A stretch of 64,000 nucleotides of DNA from Neolecta irregularis DAH-3. Lineage: Eukaryota. The stretch spans positions 1 through 64,000 of the forward strand of contig LXFE01000257.1 in assembly GCA_001929475.1 (NCBI GenBank), given 5' to 3'. A model generated the notes under the pieces. That model searched no databases, had not been told where the DNA came from, and was given only the letters and a program-made list of their open reading frames with translations. Both the position numbers and the translations under genes were made by a program. This document shows positions 39,477 to 51,437 of this stretch, piece by piece. Position 1 is the stretch's first letter; every line of letters begins with the position of its first letter.

Positions 39477-41512
39477 TTAAAGAATGCAAAGAGAAGCGAG
39501 TAAAAGTGATAAAATGAAAGTAAATGTGCCAACGCCGAAACCAGTAGCGTTGCCTCGGAAAAGAGCGGTACCTACAGGTGAAACTGTTGCATTGAGCGAT
39601 GCGGATGCAGAAGCGACTGCAAACGCGGGGTCTGAACCAGATGTTGGAGAAGCAACTTGGCTTGGGCTGGCCGAGACCGAAGCTGCTGCTACTGCTGCGG
39701 ATGGAACACCTGATGATTGTTGAATGCCAGAAATTGCGTTGATGGATGAATTTGCGGTGATGGAGATTGAATTTGCAGATTGAATGGCATTAGCGCCTTG
39801 TGCATTTGGCGAGGAAGTTGGAGGAGCAAGCGATTTTGTTATTGTAGTGCCCGAGTTCACAACCAGAACGTGAGTAGGCACCACATAGACGACTGGAGCT
39901 ACAGAGGTGGCCGTGCGAGGCAAATTCGAAGAGCTCGAGCTGCCTGCAGGTAGCGCAGCATTATTCAGTGGAAGGGCAGTTGCAACAGCAACAATAATTT
40001 TGGAAGTTGATGTGCGGACTAGGGGATACACAATTGCACCAATTGTGTACACTCCAGGTGTAGCAGCAATGATATTCGAGGTGGTTGTTGCTTGGAGTAA
40101 CGAATTCCAGCATGGAACAATGATCGTCGCAGACGAGTCGATTGTGACATAGACGTTGATGCCTTGCGTGAGGACTTGAAAGACGGTCGTGGTGAAAAAT
40201 GGATTAGCGTTTGTATTTGGAGTCGGGGTGGTTCCGGCGACGGTAAGATCTGTGACTGTCGGGGTAGCGGATGTATCGACCAATAGCGAAGAAGCGATTG
40301 ATGGAGCAACACCAATGGTTCCTTGTGCAACGTTGACAAAGGTGTAGGCCTGTTGAAAGAATGGGAAACCAAGAGTGATGTAGTTTGTTGTTGACAATCC
40401 GACGATAACAGTGCAGGTACCGTTGACGGTAGATGTCAATGGAACCTCGATGACTACACCGCCAATGGATAAAACGAGCTGGTGTGGAAGGCCACCGCAG
40501 AAAGATGGGCTTTTGAGAGCAGAGAGGATGTTTGAGGGCGAAGGTGAACTTGACGGTGATGGCGAGTCGGTCGTAACTGAGGAAACCAGTCCAGAGAGTA
40601 AGGATTCAGGCAAGAGAATATCGCTTGTAGTGGTGGAGAGCACAGCCTGCACGGCGCTCGTCGAAAGTGGAGTCTGAGATGTGCCCGAGTTCCCAGCAAG
40701 AGAAACAGCAGAGATTGGGAATTCCATGGTGCTCATGTCGGTGAAGGCAAGCGAGCAGAGAGATCCCGAGTAGAGAGTGGTTTCGGTATTGCTTCCGAAA
40801 ATGAGTTGAGATCCTGCATGAGGGTTGGCGGGATTGACGTAGATACTGTAGGCTGCGGAATCGATCTTGCCGCTGCTGACTAGGGCCTGTAGGAATGATG
40901 ATGTGCCACCCAGACCTGAGACAATTAGCGACACGGCGGGCATGAGGGGGAGATACCAACAACACCAGGCTGTGCGGTTGAGGGAGCCTGCTGCAGAGAG
41001 GCGGAGATTGCAATGGGAGCATTGAGGACGACACCGACGAGAGCATCAACCTGTACACCTGCGAATTCTACAAGTGAGATCCTTTGTGTTCCGCTGACGG
41101 TGGAGTTGTCGATGGGATTGGTGGTGGAGAAAGCGGAGGTTGCACCTGGCAGGGTTTGGTTGGTCTGGGTCGTGTTGCAGCGGAGCGCGGTACTGTTGGG
41201 GTGGAAGCGGGAGCCGGGGAACAACCCATGGGTGTGTGATGGGGAGGCGGCGGTGGATGTGTTAGCAGCACCAGGCTGCTGCAGGGCACTGCCGGCTCTG
41301 AGAGGCGCGCCGAGGCCCTGGGTTCGGATCTGGGTGACGCTCGCAGAGGACACCCACGAGGCTGCACTCTGCAGATCGAGCGCGAGACTGAGCGACGGAC
41401 CGCCGTCGATGGAGACAGACGTGCAAAGGGACCAGCTGTCAAAGCTGAGACGGGCGATAATCGACTGGGCATTGGCGACCGGCGCAAAGAGTGCAAGGGC
41501 TAGAGCGAGCAT
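39477..41512 (-). CDS. Secreted/GPI-anchored pepsin-fold (yapsin-like) protein with degenerate catalytic motifs, 2 exons
   Basis: Signal peptide; LALDLQS (cf. DTGS); GVV|GLG across intron 40916-40956; YSIYVN; AVLSTTT (cf. DSGT); LGFPFFQQAY; S/T-rich stalk; hydrophobic C-terminus. Confidence 0.8.
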
Positions 41513-41559
41513 GGATGTGAGGGCGGATGGTGCCTGCGGCGCAGCTTATAAGTCCGCGC

Positions 41560-41615
41560 GCATAGCTGGCCATCTCGCGTCTGCATAGCTGCTGGCCATC
41601 TCGCGCAGACGCGAG
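41560..41615. repeat. Overlapping direct and inverted repeats just upstream of the protease-like gene
   Basis: gcatagct(gct)ggccatctcgcg at 41560-41579 and 41583-41605. Inverted arms ctcgcgtctgc (41574-41584) and gcagacgcgag (41605-41615). TATA-like cttataag at 41545. Confidence 0.75.
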
Positions 41616-41942
41616 GACGAGGCGAAGCAAGGCCCGGCACCTTGGTGTCGCGACTCCGAGGGAGATTGTGGAAGGGAAGAAGGGAATGTGTGGTTTCGAG
41701 GCTCCGAGGAGGTTGGGTGGAAGGGAATGTGTGCCCCTGGGCCCCGTCCCATGGCTGGCACCAGGAAGCACAGCCATCCCAACACCAGCCAGGAATGCGC
41801 ATCAAACAATACAGGCATTAGTAGCTTATCTAAATGTTTCTCTGTCCAATCTGTATCAAGAAAGGATTGAACCAGAGCTGCAAACCCTAGCTTCTCCCAA
41901 AAACACCTACTCCCATGTCGGCCCTCTGACAAGGTCGACCAT

Positions 41943-42696
41943 CTAAAAGGTCGACCAGCTCCAGTCGTGCGGAACTGATGCAGTCGGCTCCATCCCGCCC
42001 GTTTCTTTGATTAGAATGCTGCACGCTGTTGCAACGCACCTTGTGGAGAAGACTTGATATTCACATGCCCTGAGCGCTTCGAGAGCTCCTTTGCACTCTG
42101 TGGACGGCATTTCTTCGTTATATCAGACCCGTTGCGCTTCCATGCTTCATATTCCTGCTTGCACCGATTACATGATCGCGATAGTACACCTGCGATATGG
42201 AACCGCGCGTTCTGATCAAGACGCAATGTCTGAGATGTATCCCCTGCGCAAAACACGTCCCCGCACCTTTAAACCTCAACATACATCTAGAGCCGTTTTA
42301 CCTCCGACAATGATGCTTCCTTTCAAACAGGGTAAATGTTTTGGTGCAGCCAGGTGCTGCACATATCTCGGCTTCACTATCCGGCTACACGTGAAATTAG
42401 CCAGATCCTTATAAAACAAAAGGAGCTGATCAAGGGATCAGCTACGTACGTACTTTCCAGTGCCAACGAGCAGGAGGTCCGCTAACAGTTCCAAAGTCCT
42501 CGTCTGCCTCCGGGCTATTCTTTCGCGACAACGCAAACTCGCTTGCCGGTCGTAGAGCTGCTGGTGTATATAATGGTGATCGGGGATTATTCCCCGGGTG
42601 ATGTGGAGGTATGAGAGGCCGGTCCGAAAAGTTCATCGCAGTGCCCATGGTAGGCGCCTGGGGACGAGTTTTCCTGGTCATAGCATAGACGTCCAT
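41943..42696 (-). CDS. FYVE zinc-finger protein, 4 exons (split across short ORFs)
   Basis: SPLYTPAALRP, HWK|PDSEAEIC...FERKHHCR|RCGDVFC...LDQNARFH...SCNRC, and C-terminal SVPHDWSWSTF*. First intron 42385-42453. Confidence 0.88.
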
Positions 42697-42886
42697 ACTC
42701 GCTTTTTGATAAAGGGTTACAAAGAAAAAGCAAAGGGCGAGGGAAAAAAACGCGAAAAAAAGAGGTGAACTGGGTTCGAGACGGTGTTTTAGCGCTGGTG
42801 GAGACAGATGCCCGCCCGCCCTTCCCCGCTTATCAATATCTCTGCCAAATCAATCAGCCAAAATTCGGCAAGAATTTAAATATATC

Positions 42887-44386
42887 TCACAAATCCTGAA
42901 ACACTAAAGCCTGGTCCCTCTTCTCCATCCATGATTCAAAAATGCTTTTCCGGCTGCTTTTACCGCCTTCAGTTACATAGTCGTCAATAAGATCGGCCTC
43001 GACCCATTCAAAATATTTATTCCGTACTCGAGTTGTTGCAGGTAGCGTGTATTTCCACGCTTCAGTCATCTCACTAGATTCGTTCTCTTCATTCTCTTCC
43101 GATTTTTTCTCAACTATTTTATCCTGGCCCGACACTACAACTACTTTGGCTCCGTATCTCCTTCCGAGAATCGCCGCGCCTAGTGAACCAACCTTGTTCA
43201 ATACATCGCCGTCGGCCGAAATACGATCTGCTCCGATAACAACGTGTGTTGCCCTTTGTGCAAAAATTCCCACGCAGGCGTCACTTGCGATTTCGATGTG
43301 AACGTTCTCGTGCGAATCTAAACTTAGGATTTTAGCTAGTTTAACTCCTTCAAACAGAGGACGCGATTCTATGGTATTTAGCAAGCCATCTCTAGGATAA
43401 ACTCGAATACCTAAAACTGTGATTCTTACTTTGATTTCTAAAGGTAATTGGGATAACCAGTGTTTCAAAACTATTGCCGTCGTTGATGAATACGATAAAG
43501 TGAGTATATGTATCTTTTCATACCCATCCAAACAAGCTTTAAACCCCAAAACCTGCTTTTCAAGTCGTAAACACCCGCTACTCTTTTCATTTTCAACTTC
43601 TTGTCGAGTAATTGAAGCCAAATCAAATTTACTTGTAGCAGCAACTAGTCGTTTTTGAATGTTGGTTAATACCCGGGCTAATGAACTCTCCATTGCAGCT
43701 TTCATACTCTGTCTAGATTGAACGGCATAATATCCAACAAGACAAAGTCTACCAAAAGTAATTTGTGACTCTTGGACAGCTTGAATTAAAACATCCAGAG
43801 CCATTTCACTCATCTCTCGAGCTCCCATTTCTCGATCCGTTTGTAAATTTGAGATCAATTTGCAGATTTGTTGAGGTATATATACACGTGCAAATGTCTC
43901 TGATAGTCTAGGTACAGTATCGTATGTTGATAGATCTTTTGGGTTGATCCATTTGTAAGTTGAATGTTCAAAGTCGATGGTGATTGAAACGAGTTGCGAA
44001 TCCTTCATTTCGAAAAGAAATGGATAGATATGCCACTTGTTTATTTCAGTTCCGAAAATATCGTATACCAAACCTCGGTATCTAGATTATCATCTTTGAT
44101 AGCCATTTCCAATCCACTTATGATCAGTGTAATATCTTTGCGATCGAGTCTAGTTTCTTGTTCGATCTCGATATAGGATCGTTCAAGTGGAGACACATCG
44201 TCCTCTTCGATACTTCCGCTGATGCCAGCCCATTTACCTCTGCGGTATAAGTCCTCTAGTACGCAAATAAATTACAAACTGATATGTGTTGACTTTTCCC
44301 GATCTTTGTAATAAAAGTAATTTCACATCATCGCCCGAATTGTGTCGGCCAATAATAAATGAAGTGACAACTCTTTTGATTTTCAT
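42887..44386 (-). CDS. Nudix hydrolase domain fused to an eIF2B-related (IF-2B / ribose-1,5-bisphosphate isomerase-like) domain, 4 exons
   Basis: LLLLQRSGKVNTYQGKWAGISGSIE...EIEQET, WHIYPFLF, FEH..YKW; then ILTLSYSST, LESRPLFEG, VVIGADRI..DGDVLNKVGS, RNKYFEWV. Confidence 0.85.
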
Positions 44387-45702
44387 GGTGTCAAGTTAAA
44401 TGTGGAGCAAGAAATTTCAAAAACGTAATCCATACACCAAAAGAATATAAGAGGGCGTTTTGCAGCCACTTTATTAGCCTTCGGATTTGCGTCTTGCAAT
44501 CACAAAGTAGCAACTATTTCATGAAATTCGAAACACTGGTCCAGACCAGTTTTTCGAAAATGCAAAATGTAAAATTCCCAGAGTCCACCCATCATCGCTA
44601 CCCCCCCAATTCATCTAAAATCGTGAACCCACTCGAAGGATTTTCTATCATAACCAAATTTGGACAATTCCTTAAGTGTCACAAGATGGCCTTGATATTT
44701 GTATCTATCTTCAATTCCTTCAGAAACGCTAACAAAGTCAACATTGATGTTTGCGTGGAAAACTTCATGTTTTCTGATCTCATGATATTATTTTGATTGT
44801 GTAGCAATTTCGGGTAGGTTCGTGGAGACTTTGACTTTTCTTCTCACTTGGAGATTCGATTTATTTGAGGAGGAAGCGTGGTTTTGGTTTCCTCGAGACT
44901 GAGATTAGGAGAGAGAGTTTGTAGAGATTATGAAGGTATTAAAGAGGGTACATTGTGATTATCGCAAAAGACTGGCTCCAGGCCTCTATTGATAGTCCCA
45001 ATGTTCTCCTATCCAGCAGAGGGGCGAGAAAAGTAGTTAAGGAAAGACAAGGAAAGAAGGAAAATATTTAGTGCATAAAAAAAAGAAGAGAAAGAAGGGA
45101 AATGACCGTAGGGTGCTTGGTGCTTACCATTCTGCCAAAGAGACTTGGGCCAGGGATTCGGTAACCCCATCGGTTTTCTGCTAGAAAGGGGTTCCCAAAT
45201 TATGATATTTGCGGGGGAGGGAAAATGGTGAGTATTGTAGTTGATCGCGAGAAGGGTTTGAGAATACGACGATAGGTGAAAAAGGGGGGCAGGTATTCAT
45301 TCGTTTAGGCCGTGAGAGAGAGCGGAAAAGGAGGGGAAATGCAAAGGAGTGTATTATGTGACGGCATGCTAGAACGACTGAGGGTAAAGGCCGAGGGGAA
45401 TTACGGTAGTGAGTTAATAATGCGGTGAGGTGGAGAGTATGGTTACGATGATATTGTGTGGAAAATGTGTCTCGTACCACATGCCAAACGTTGACAAACT
45501 AGATACATGGGTTCTCTAGTTTTAATTAAACCCCGCCAACCGGAATAAAAAGAAATTAAACTTTATCTCTGAACACAAAGAATCTCAAAATCTCAAAAAC
45601 AAAACTCCGGCATTGCCAGAACCTCGAAAATCAAATCCCTCCATTAACCCTAAACAATCCAACTTTTTATACTACAAACAAACAAACAAAAATATACTAG
45701 TT

Positions 45703-48700
45703 TTATTTCCTATTTTCTACCACTCGTTGAAGAGTTGCCATATTTACAGGTTTTGTAAGAAAATCATCGACGCCAGCCGCAAACGCTCTATCACGATCTT
45801 CATTTGCAGCAAGACCAGTTAATGCGATTATCTTTGATCGTTTACCATTTTTACGTTGTGATTCTATTTTTCTAATTTCGGCAGTGGCTTGAAAGCCGTC
45901 CATTACAGGCATTTGGATGTCCATGAGAATAAAATCGAAGCCTAACGGTTCTGTTATGAATGCATGGACGGCTTCTAGGCCGTTGATAGCTTGGACAAAA
46001 GGATATTTCCCCTTACGCATTAAAGTTATTAAAATCTAAAGTTAATAAATCAAGTATTTGGGGTCGAACCATGGCGTTGATGCTGTTATCTTCTGCAAAT
46101 AAAATGTATGGCTTTTTGATTGAACCAAGGGATTCGCTTGATGAACGTGGCAAGTAGGATAATTCAGTAGAGCTGGAAGAAGTAGTAAATGGAGATTCAT
46201 TTGTATATGATGAATTGGTGGGGCTAAAAACAGTTGACGGAGCAGGAGCCAGGAGATTTGAAGTAAGATGATCGACAACCGTAGCTGGTTCGGCAGAAGA
46301 TAATAAACTATTGATCCCATTGGGTGATGTTTTTTGTCGCTTGCCGCCGATGAATGGAGCTGGTTCAGATGGCGATGAGGTACTTTCTGAAGCAACCATT
46401 CCTAATCCTTGGAGATACACCATTGACGTCTCTAACGATCCGCGACGACCACCGATTACAGGAGAAAATCGAACAGTACCATTTGCGACATTTACATTTG
46501 GATAGGAACCATTGCGACTTCGTGCAGCGATGTTATGTTCTTGATTTAAAAGGCAAAACATTATAGCTTTTGCCAATTTTGATGGTCCGCACGGTTTTGA
46601 TACAAAATCTATAACACGACCGAGATCAGCTTGATTGGCCATATTTTCATATCGGGCAACATTCGAGCATAAAACAATCATTGGTCGTGCGACTGTTTTT
46701 CCAGTTTTTGTGGATTCAAGGTATTCGTATAAATAGTGTGGGGAATCGTCGGTTATTATCAAATCAGCGGCTTCGACGTCGTGAACGATGTTTACTCCAA
46801 CCCAGTGAATCAGGTATCTCCGCATAGAGTCTGCAAGTTTCAGAGAGGCTTCGGATTGATCATCTGATGGAGCAATATGTGCGGTAAAAGAAGGTACACT
46901 GCTATTCAGCAAGGAGAGAATATCGATGGTAGGGTTCTCAAAGGACGATTCATTGAGTGACAATCCGTCCATATTGACGGAGGATTTTACAGGTAACAAG
47001 ACAGTCGCTTGGGTTCCATCACCAAGTTCACTCTGAATATCAATCTCCCCGTCTAGAGATTCGACTAATTGCTTCACAATTGAAAGACCGAGACCAGCTC
47101 CGACTTGGAGTGGGTTTTCTTGCATAAAGGGTGCGAAGAGATTTGTTTTGAGAAAACTGCTGGCTATACCTTTACCAGAATCGGATATGACCAACTTGAG
47201 AATCCCCTCGTTACTTTGCTCAGATGCAGTTTGTTTGTTTAGGCTCATGAAAACTCGAACGAATCCTCTGTTGGTGTACTTTAGGGCATTACCCACAAGG
47301 TTCATTATTATTCGTCGAAAGGCGCCTTGTTGGATTGGAAAGACGTATCCATTTGGACGATAATCGACATCAATTATAACCGTGAGAGGTTCCCTTTTGT
47401 TTTCGCTCATACTGAGTACGTCGGATAATCCTTGCATACCCTTGAATTCATAACCAGCATAACAACTCTCGGCGACTTGTTCAACTATTTCCACTAGATC
47501 TACTGCATTCTCTCGAATGGCTAAAACAGAGGCATCGTCTGAATGGGGTTTCATATTGGCGAGATGTCTGAGCTTACTGAAATCAAGAACATGATTGATG
47601 ACGTCTAGAAGAGTCCTTCCACATTTATCAATTGTATCAACGAAACCAGTTTGAAGCAAATTCATTTTGGTATCAGAGAGAAATTCTGCGCTGGCCAGGA
47701 TTCCATGTAGAGGGGATCGAAGTTCGTGGCTGATATTTGAGATGAATGCAGCCTTGGCACGATCTGCGACGATGACTCTGCGTTTGACGACTTCTGAGAT
47801 GATTTGGTCGCTAAAAGCCTCGAGATAACCCTGTTCTTGATCGCCAAATGTAGAACATGTAGAACATGACCAAGCACAGCAAATAGCGAATGGTTGGTGT
47901 CGGTGATCATATATGGGAACCAATAAAACAGACTGCGTGCTCTCTGGAACTAGACCATTCAGTTCTGGAGGAAGACCATCGTCGAACACATGACCGCTGG
48001 GATAGAGTCGGAGAAGGGAGGCAGCGATAGAACAGTACCAGGCGCCATGTGATGCGTGGTCTAGATCAGAGGCTGAAGAAGCAAGGAGCGGAAGAGGAAC
48101 AAGGTTGTCTACAGAGCTGGTTGAGAGTTGTCCATTGGTGGAATTTTCTCCGCTAGGAGAAGATGGCGATGAGAATGGGCAGTCTACGGATTCGATATCG
48201 ACAAAGGAAACACCGTCTATTTCGAGGGTATTGCGAATAAGGTCTGATGCGGACTGGAAGAGGTTGCGGAGGTCGACTTCGTCATAGTCGCAATCGCAGT
48301 CTGAGACGCTTGCTCGCTTGTTCCTGACGGTGCTATTGAAGAAGCCACGGGTGAATTCTGAGATAGAGTTTTGCATCTGAGACTTTACAGAGAGACGGCG
48401 CCTGTCTCTGCGGAGTTCTATCTCGCACATGATGCAGTGGGCGAGGTCTCTGAGGCCCTGCTCGGCGGAGGGGGGGGTATCGCGGGGCCGGGTATCGAGG
48501 GCCTATGTTTGAGAGGGGATCTAGAAGTGGCATACGCAGATTGTGCCGATGTTGTGGCCATCTCGAGTGCGCAGTGGCACGCCACAGTAGAATTTGATGT
48601 AGGTCGGTCCTGTGACAAAGGGATTGTTGTTGAATCGCCAGTCTTGGGAGAGATCGCGAACGGCAAACATGCGGTCTGATTGACGAAGAATTGTGTGTGA

Positions 48701-49158
48701 GCAGATGGCGAGCGGACGGGGCAGCGCAAGGCCGATGAGATTTAACGGGCCGCTTTCCTCGACGACGTGTACAAAGGCGTCGTCGATAAAGGTGACCTGG
48801 TGGTTAATGCAAGGAGACAGCACGCACGTACCAGGACGCTGGCGGGTCAGCAACGCCCTAGCAGGACAACATACGTCTGGGCGCCAGTGATAATGGAGGC
48901 GAGCCGGGAGAAGCGCTGCAAGTCGAGGGCAGGTACTACGGGCGGCGAACGGGCCAAGTGGCCGAGCAGGTCGTAGCGGTACAGCGCCTTGAGCCGCGCG
49001 GCGTCGCTGGGCCCATACGGCGACTGGAAATTCACAGCATCGCCGAGTGCGGGGGGTGGCCGTGTGCCCGGATGGTCAATGTCGCCTGCCGCATAGCGCG
49101 CAAGAAAGATGTCGGCGGCAGCATCTGTGAGATTATCTTCAGCAACAGCAGACTGCAT
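45703..49158 (-). CDS. Hybrid sensor histidine kinase (GAF-GAF-HisKA-HATPase-REC), 5 exons
   Basis: GAF (ICSHTI, DWRFNNNPFV, FYCGVPL), H-box FISNISHELRSPLHGIL, N-box NLVGNALKYT, DSGKGI, GLGLSIV, REC AEDN..ILMDIQMP..FLTKP. Contains a 7-nt exon at 48832-48838. Confidence 0.92.
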
Positions 49159-49332
49159 CGCACTGGGTCGCAGTGGCACGAATCTGGGGCTGAGGCTGGT
49201 TATCTGGTCGCGGCCAGGTTCGCCAGGGCGTTTGGTGGCGATCCCCAAGCATTGGCGCGCGCCATCCAGTGTTCATTCAGCCTTCGCCGTCCATATTCCT
49301 CGCTGCCGCCCGCTTCCCCTGTGGGTGCCCGC

Positions 49333-50866
49333 ATGGACCTGTACATCCGCGGCGCTGCCATTCTGCGCCTGCTCGCCGCCAAGAACGGCTCCCTCAAAGC
49401 CCTTGCCACCTCGTCTCCCAACTCAAAGCGCATGTATGCTCTCCTGTGCCAATCCCTTAAATGTATATATCGGTTTAATAGTCTTGTTCTCATCATCTGG
49501 AGACCAGGATGTCCTCAAGCAGGTCATCTGCTCATCCCGACTGCTCGAACAGGAACAAAGGGTTGCTCTTCATATCCCAGTCGCTGACGCCTCGTAGCTT
49601 TCCCTTGAAATCGCTCTTCTCCTCGTCCACGACCTTCTTCTCTGCAAGAACGGCATTGCAGCAGGCAAGGGGCCCTTCAAAGACGCAGTCCTCCGTCACA
49701 AAACACGTCTAAAGGCAGAATTCGCAAGAGCAAAGATTCGCTCCCGTACAGTCGAAAGCAAGGATTTGGAGAGAAAAAATCACAGTATCTCCCAGGCAGA
49801 CATCTCCCCACTGACCTGCAGAAGTCCTGCCAAGGTGGGTTCGAATAAATACCCTCAAAACAACCTTGCACTCTGCTCTCGAAACCTGCCGAAATGACTA
49901 TACAGAGGTCGAGAATTGGTCCCAGCTCTCTCCTTCGTCATTCTGTATCGATGCCCTCATCCCGAATTTGCTTGCTTTTCATTCTTCCTGCAACCTGATC
50001 ACCCACAACCTATACACGGTAGGTCACATCATCCTTCAAGACAAAGCTTCTTGCTTCCCGGTACACATTCTCAAGTATATCATTGCATATGACTGCTTCT
50101 GACATTTAGTCCACCCTTGGGGGCCTGTGTGATAGATGCTTGCGCTGCCCCAGGAAACAAGACCTCTTACCTGGCAGCCTGTGTCGGAAAGCAAGGTCGA
50201 GTTTATGCATTCGAACGAGACAATCAAAGGGTCCAGACCTTGTCTACTATGATGGAAAAGAGTGGTGCTGACTGTATGTATGATCAACACTCTTCGATAT
50301 TGACATCAGGCGTACATATTCAACATTTAAACTTTCTCAAATCCAACCCTTGCAATTTCGCTAATGTCACGCATATGTTGCTCGATCCGTCGTGCTCCGG
50401 AAGCGGTATAGTCAATCGATTGGATTATCTTGTAGAATCTCAACAACAAATTGATCAAGACCGGTTGGCAAAACTGGCCGAATTTCAAGTCCAAATCATC
50501 CTTCATGCTATGAAATTTCCATCCGCAAAGAAAATATCTTATAGTACATGCTCTATACATCCACAAGAGAATGAGCACGTCGTGATGAGAGTCCTCGACA
50601 AAATCCAAGATTGGACCCTTGCTAATCAACAAGACGTCCTCCCAAGTTGGGAAACACGCGGTATCGCTGAAGAATGCGGTGGTGATAAAGGTTTACTTCT
50701 TCATTTTGGAATTCCTCTTATGATAGATCTCGCCCACAGCCTTGTGAGGTGTAATCCTGGGGCTGATGGTACTATTGGATTCTTTGCCGCGCTTTTCGTC
50801 CGAAAGTCCTCAAATAAACGCACACTACAAGATCCTCCTACTTCCAAAAAGAAGAAACGCAAGTAA
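49333..50866 (+). CDS. RCM1: 25S rRNA m5C methyltransferase Rcm1/NSUN5, 7 exons
   Basis: PRWVRINT, ILQDKASCFP, DACAAPGNKT, DPSCSGSG, YSTCSIHPQENE, GFFAALF. Confidence 0.92.
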
Positions 50867-50963
50867 ATTAGAAAAGATTAGTAAAAGGCCCATTGTAATT
50901 CCAACCATGAACAATATATCATCACCAAAAGCCATCCCTATCCAAGAAAAGTGCCCGCTTTGC

Positions 50964-51337
50964 TCAACCACCTTGCAATTCTAGTTGTATCAAATTCCTT
51001 TGTGCCACAGATCTCCGACAAACCGGGCATGATTTCGATGTCTTCAGAGCGCTCTGGATACAATATCCACAGTATAAATGACCTGCGAATGTAAACTACT
51101 GGTCCTCCCAAATCGCATACCGCAAGTCGTTACAACGGCATCTGTAGGACCTTCTAGACATATCACGCATTGATGGGCAGCCATATTCTTCATTGAAGTA
51201 GGTTTCGGTGTTAATTGGGGTCCAGCTTCTGCCAGACCATCTTCGATAGTGAGATCAACAACTCTAGGTCCTTTCGAAGATGGTCTTCTCCGAGGATATG
51301 GAACTGGGCGATTTTTCGCGGATTCGCCAGCTGGCAT
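50964..51337 (-). CDS. Small SIM + C3HC4 RING protein (RNF4/Rfp/Slx8-like STUbL candidate), 2 exons
   Basis: SIM-like VVDLTIED; RING CVIC...TCG|HLYCGYCI...CPVCRR after splicing. 3' end could be extended by another intron. Confidence 0.75.
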
Positions 51338-51437
51338 GAGGATATCAATGTAGTTGAGGCAGGCGATCGGGATAAACCGGAACCATGCTATTTTTGAGGT
51401 TTAATAGAGTCCTTATTCCGGAAGTATAAAACAGCAT

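Noticed and set aside
40916-40956. Apparent frameshift or pseudogene between the two protease-like ORFs
   Set aside because: A 41-nt GT-AG intron with a gctaat branch site restores GVVGLG in frame.
42770-42790. ggttcga T-loop-like sequence (tRNA?)
   Set aside because: No T-stem pairing or cloverleaf around it.
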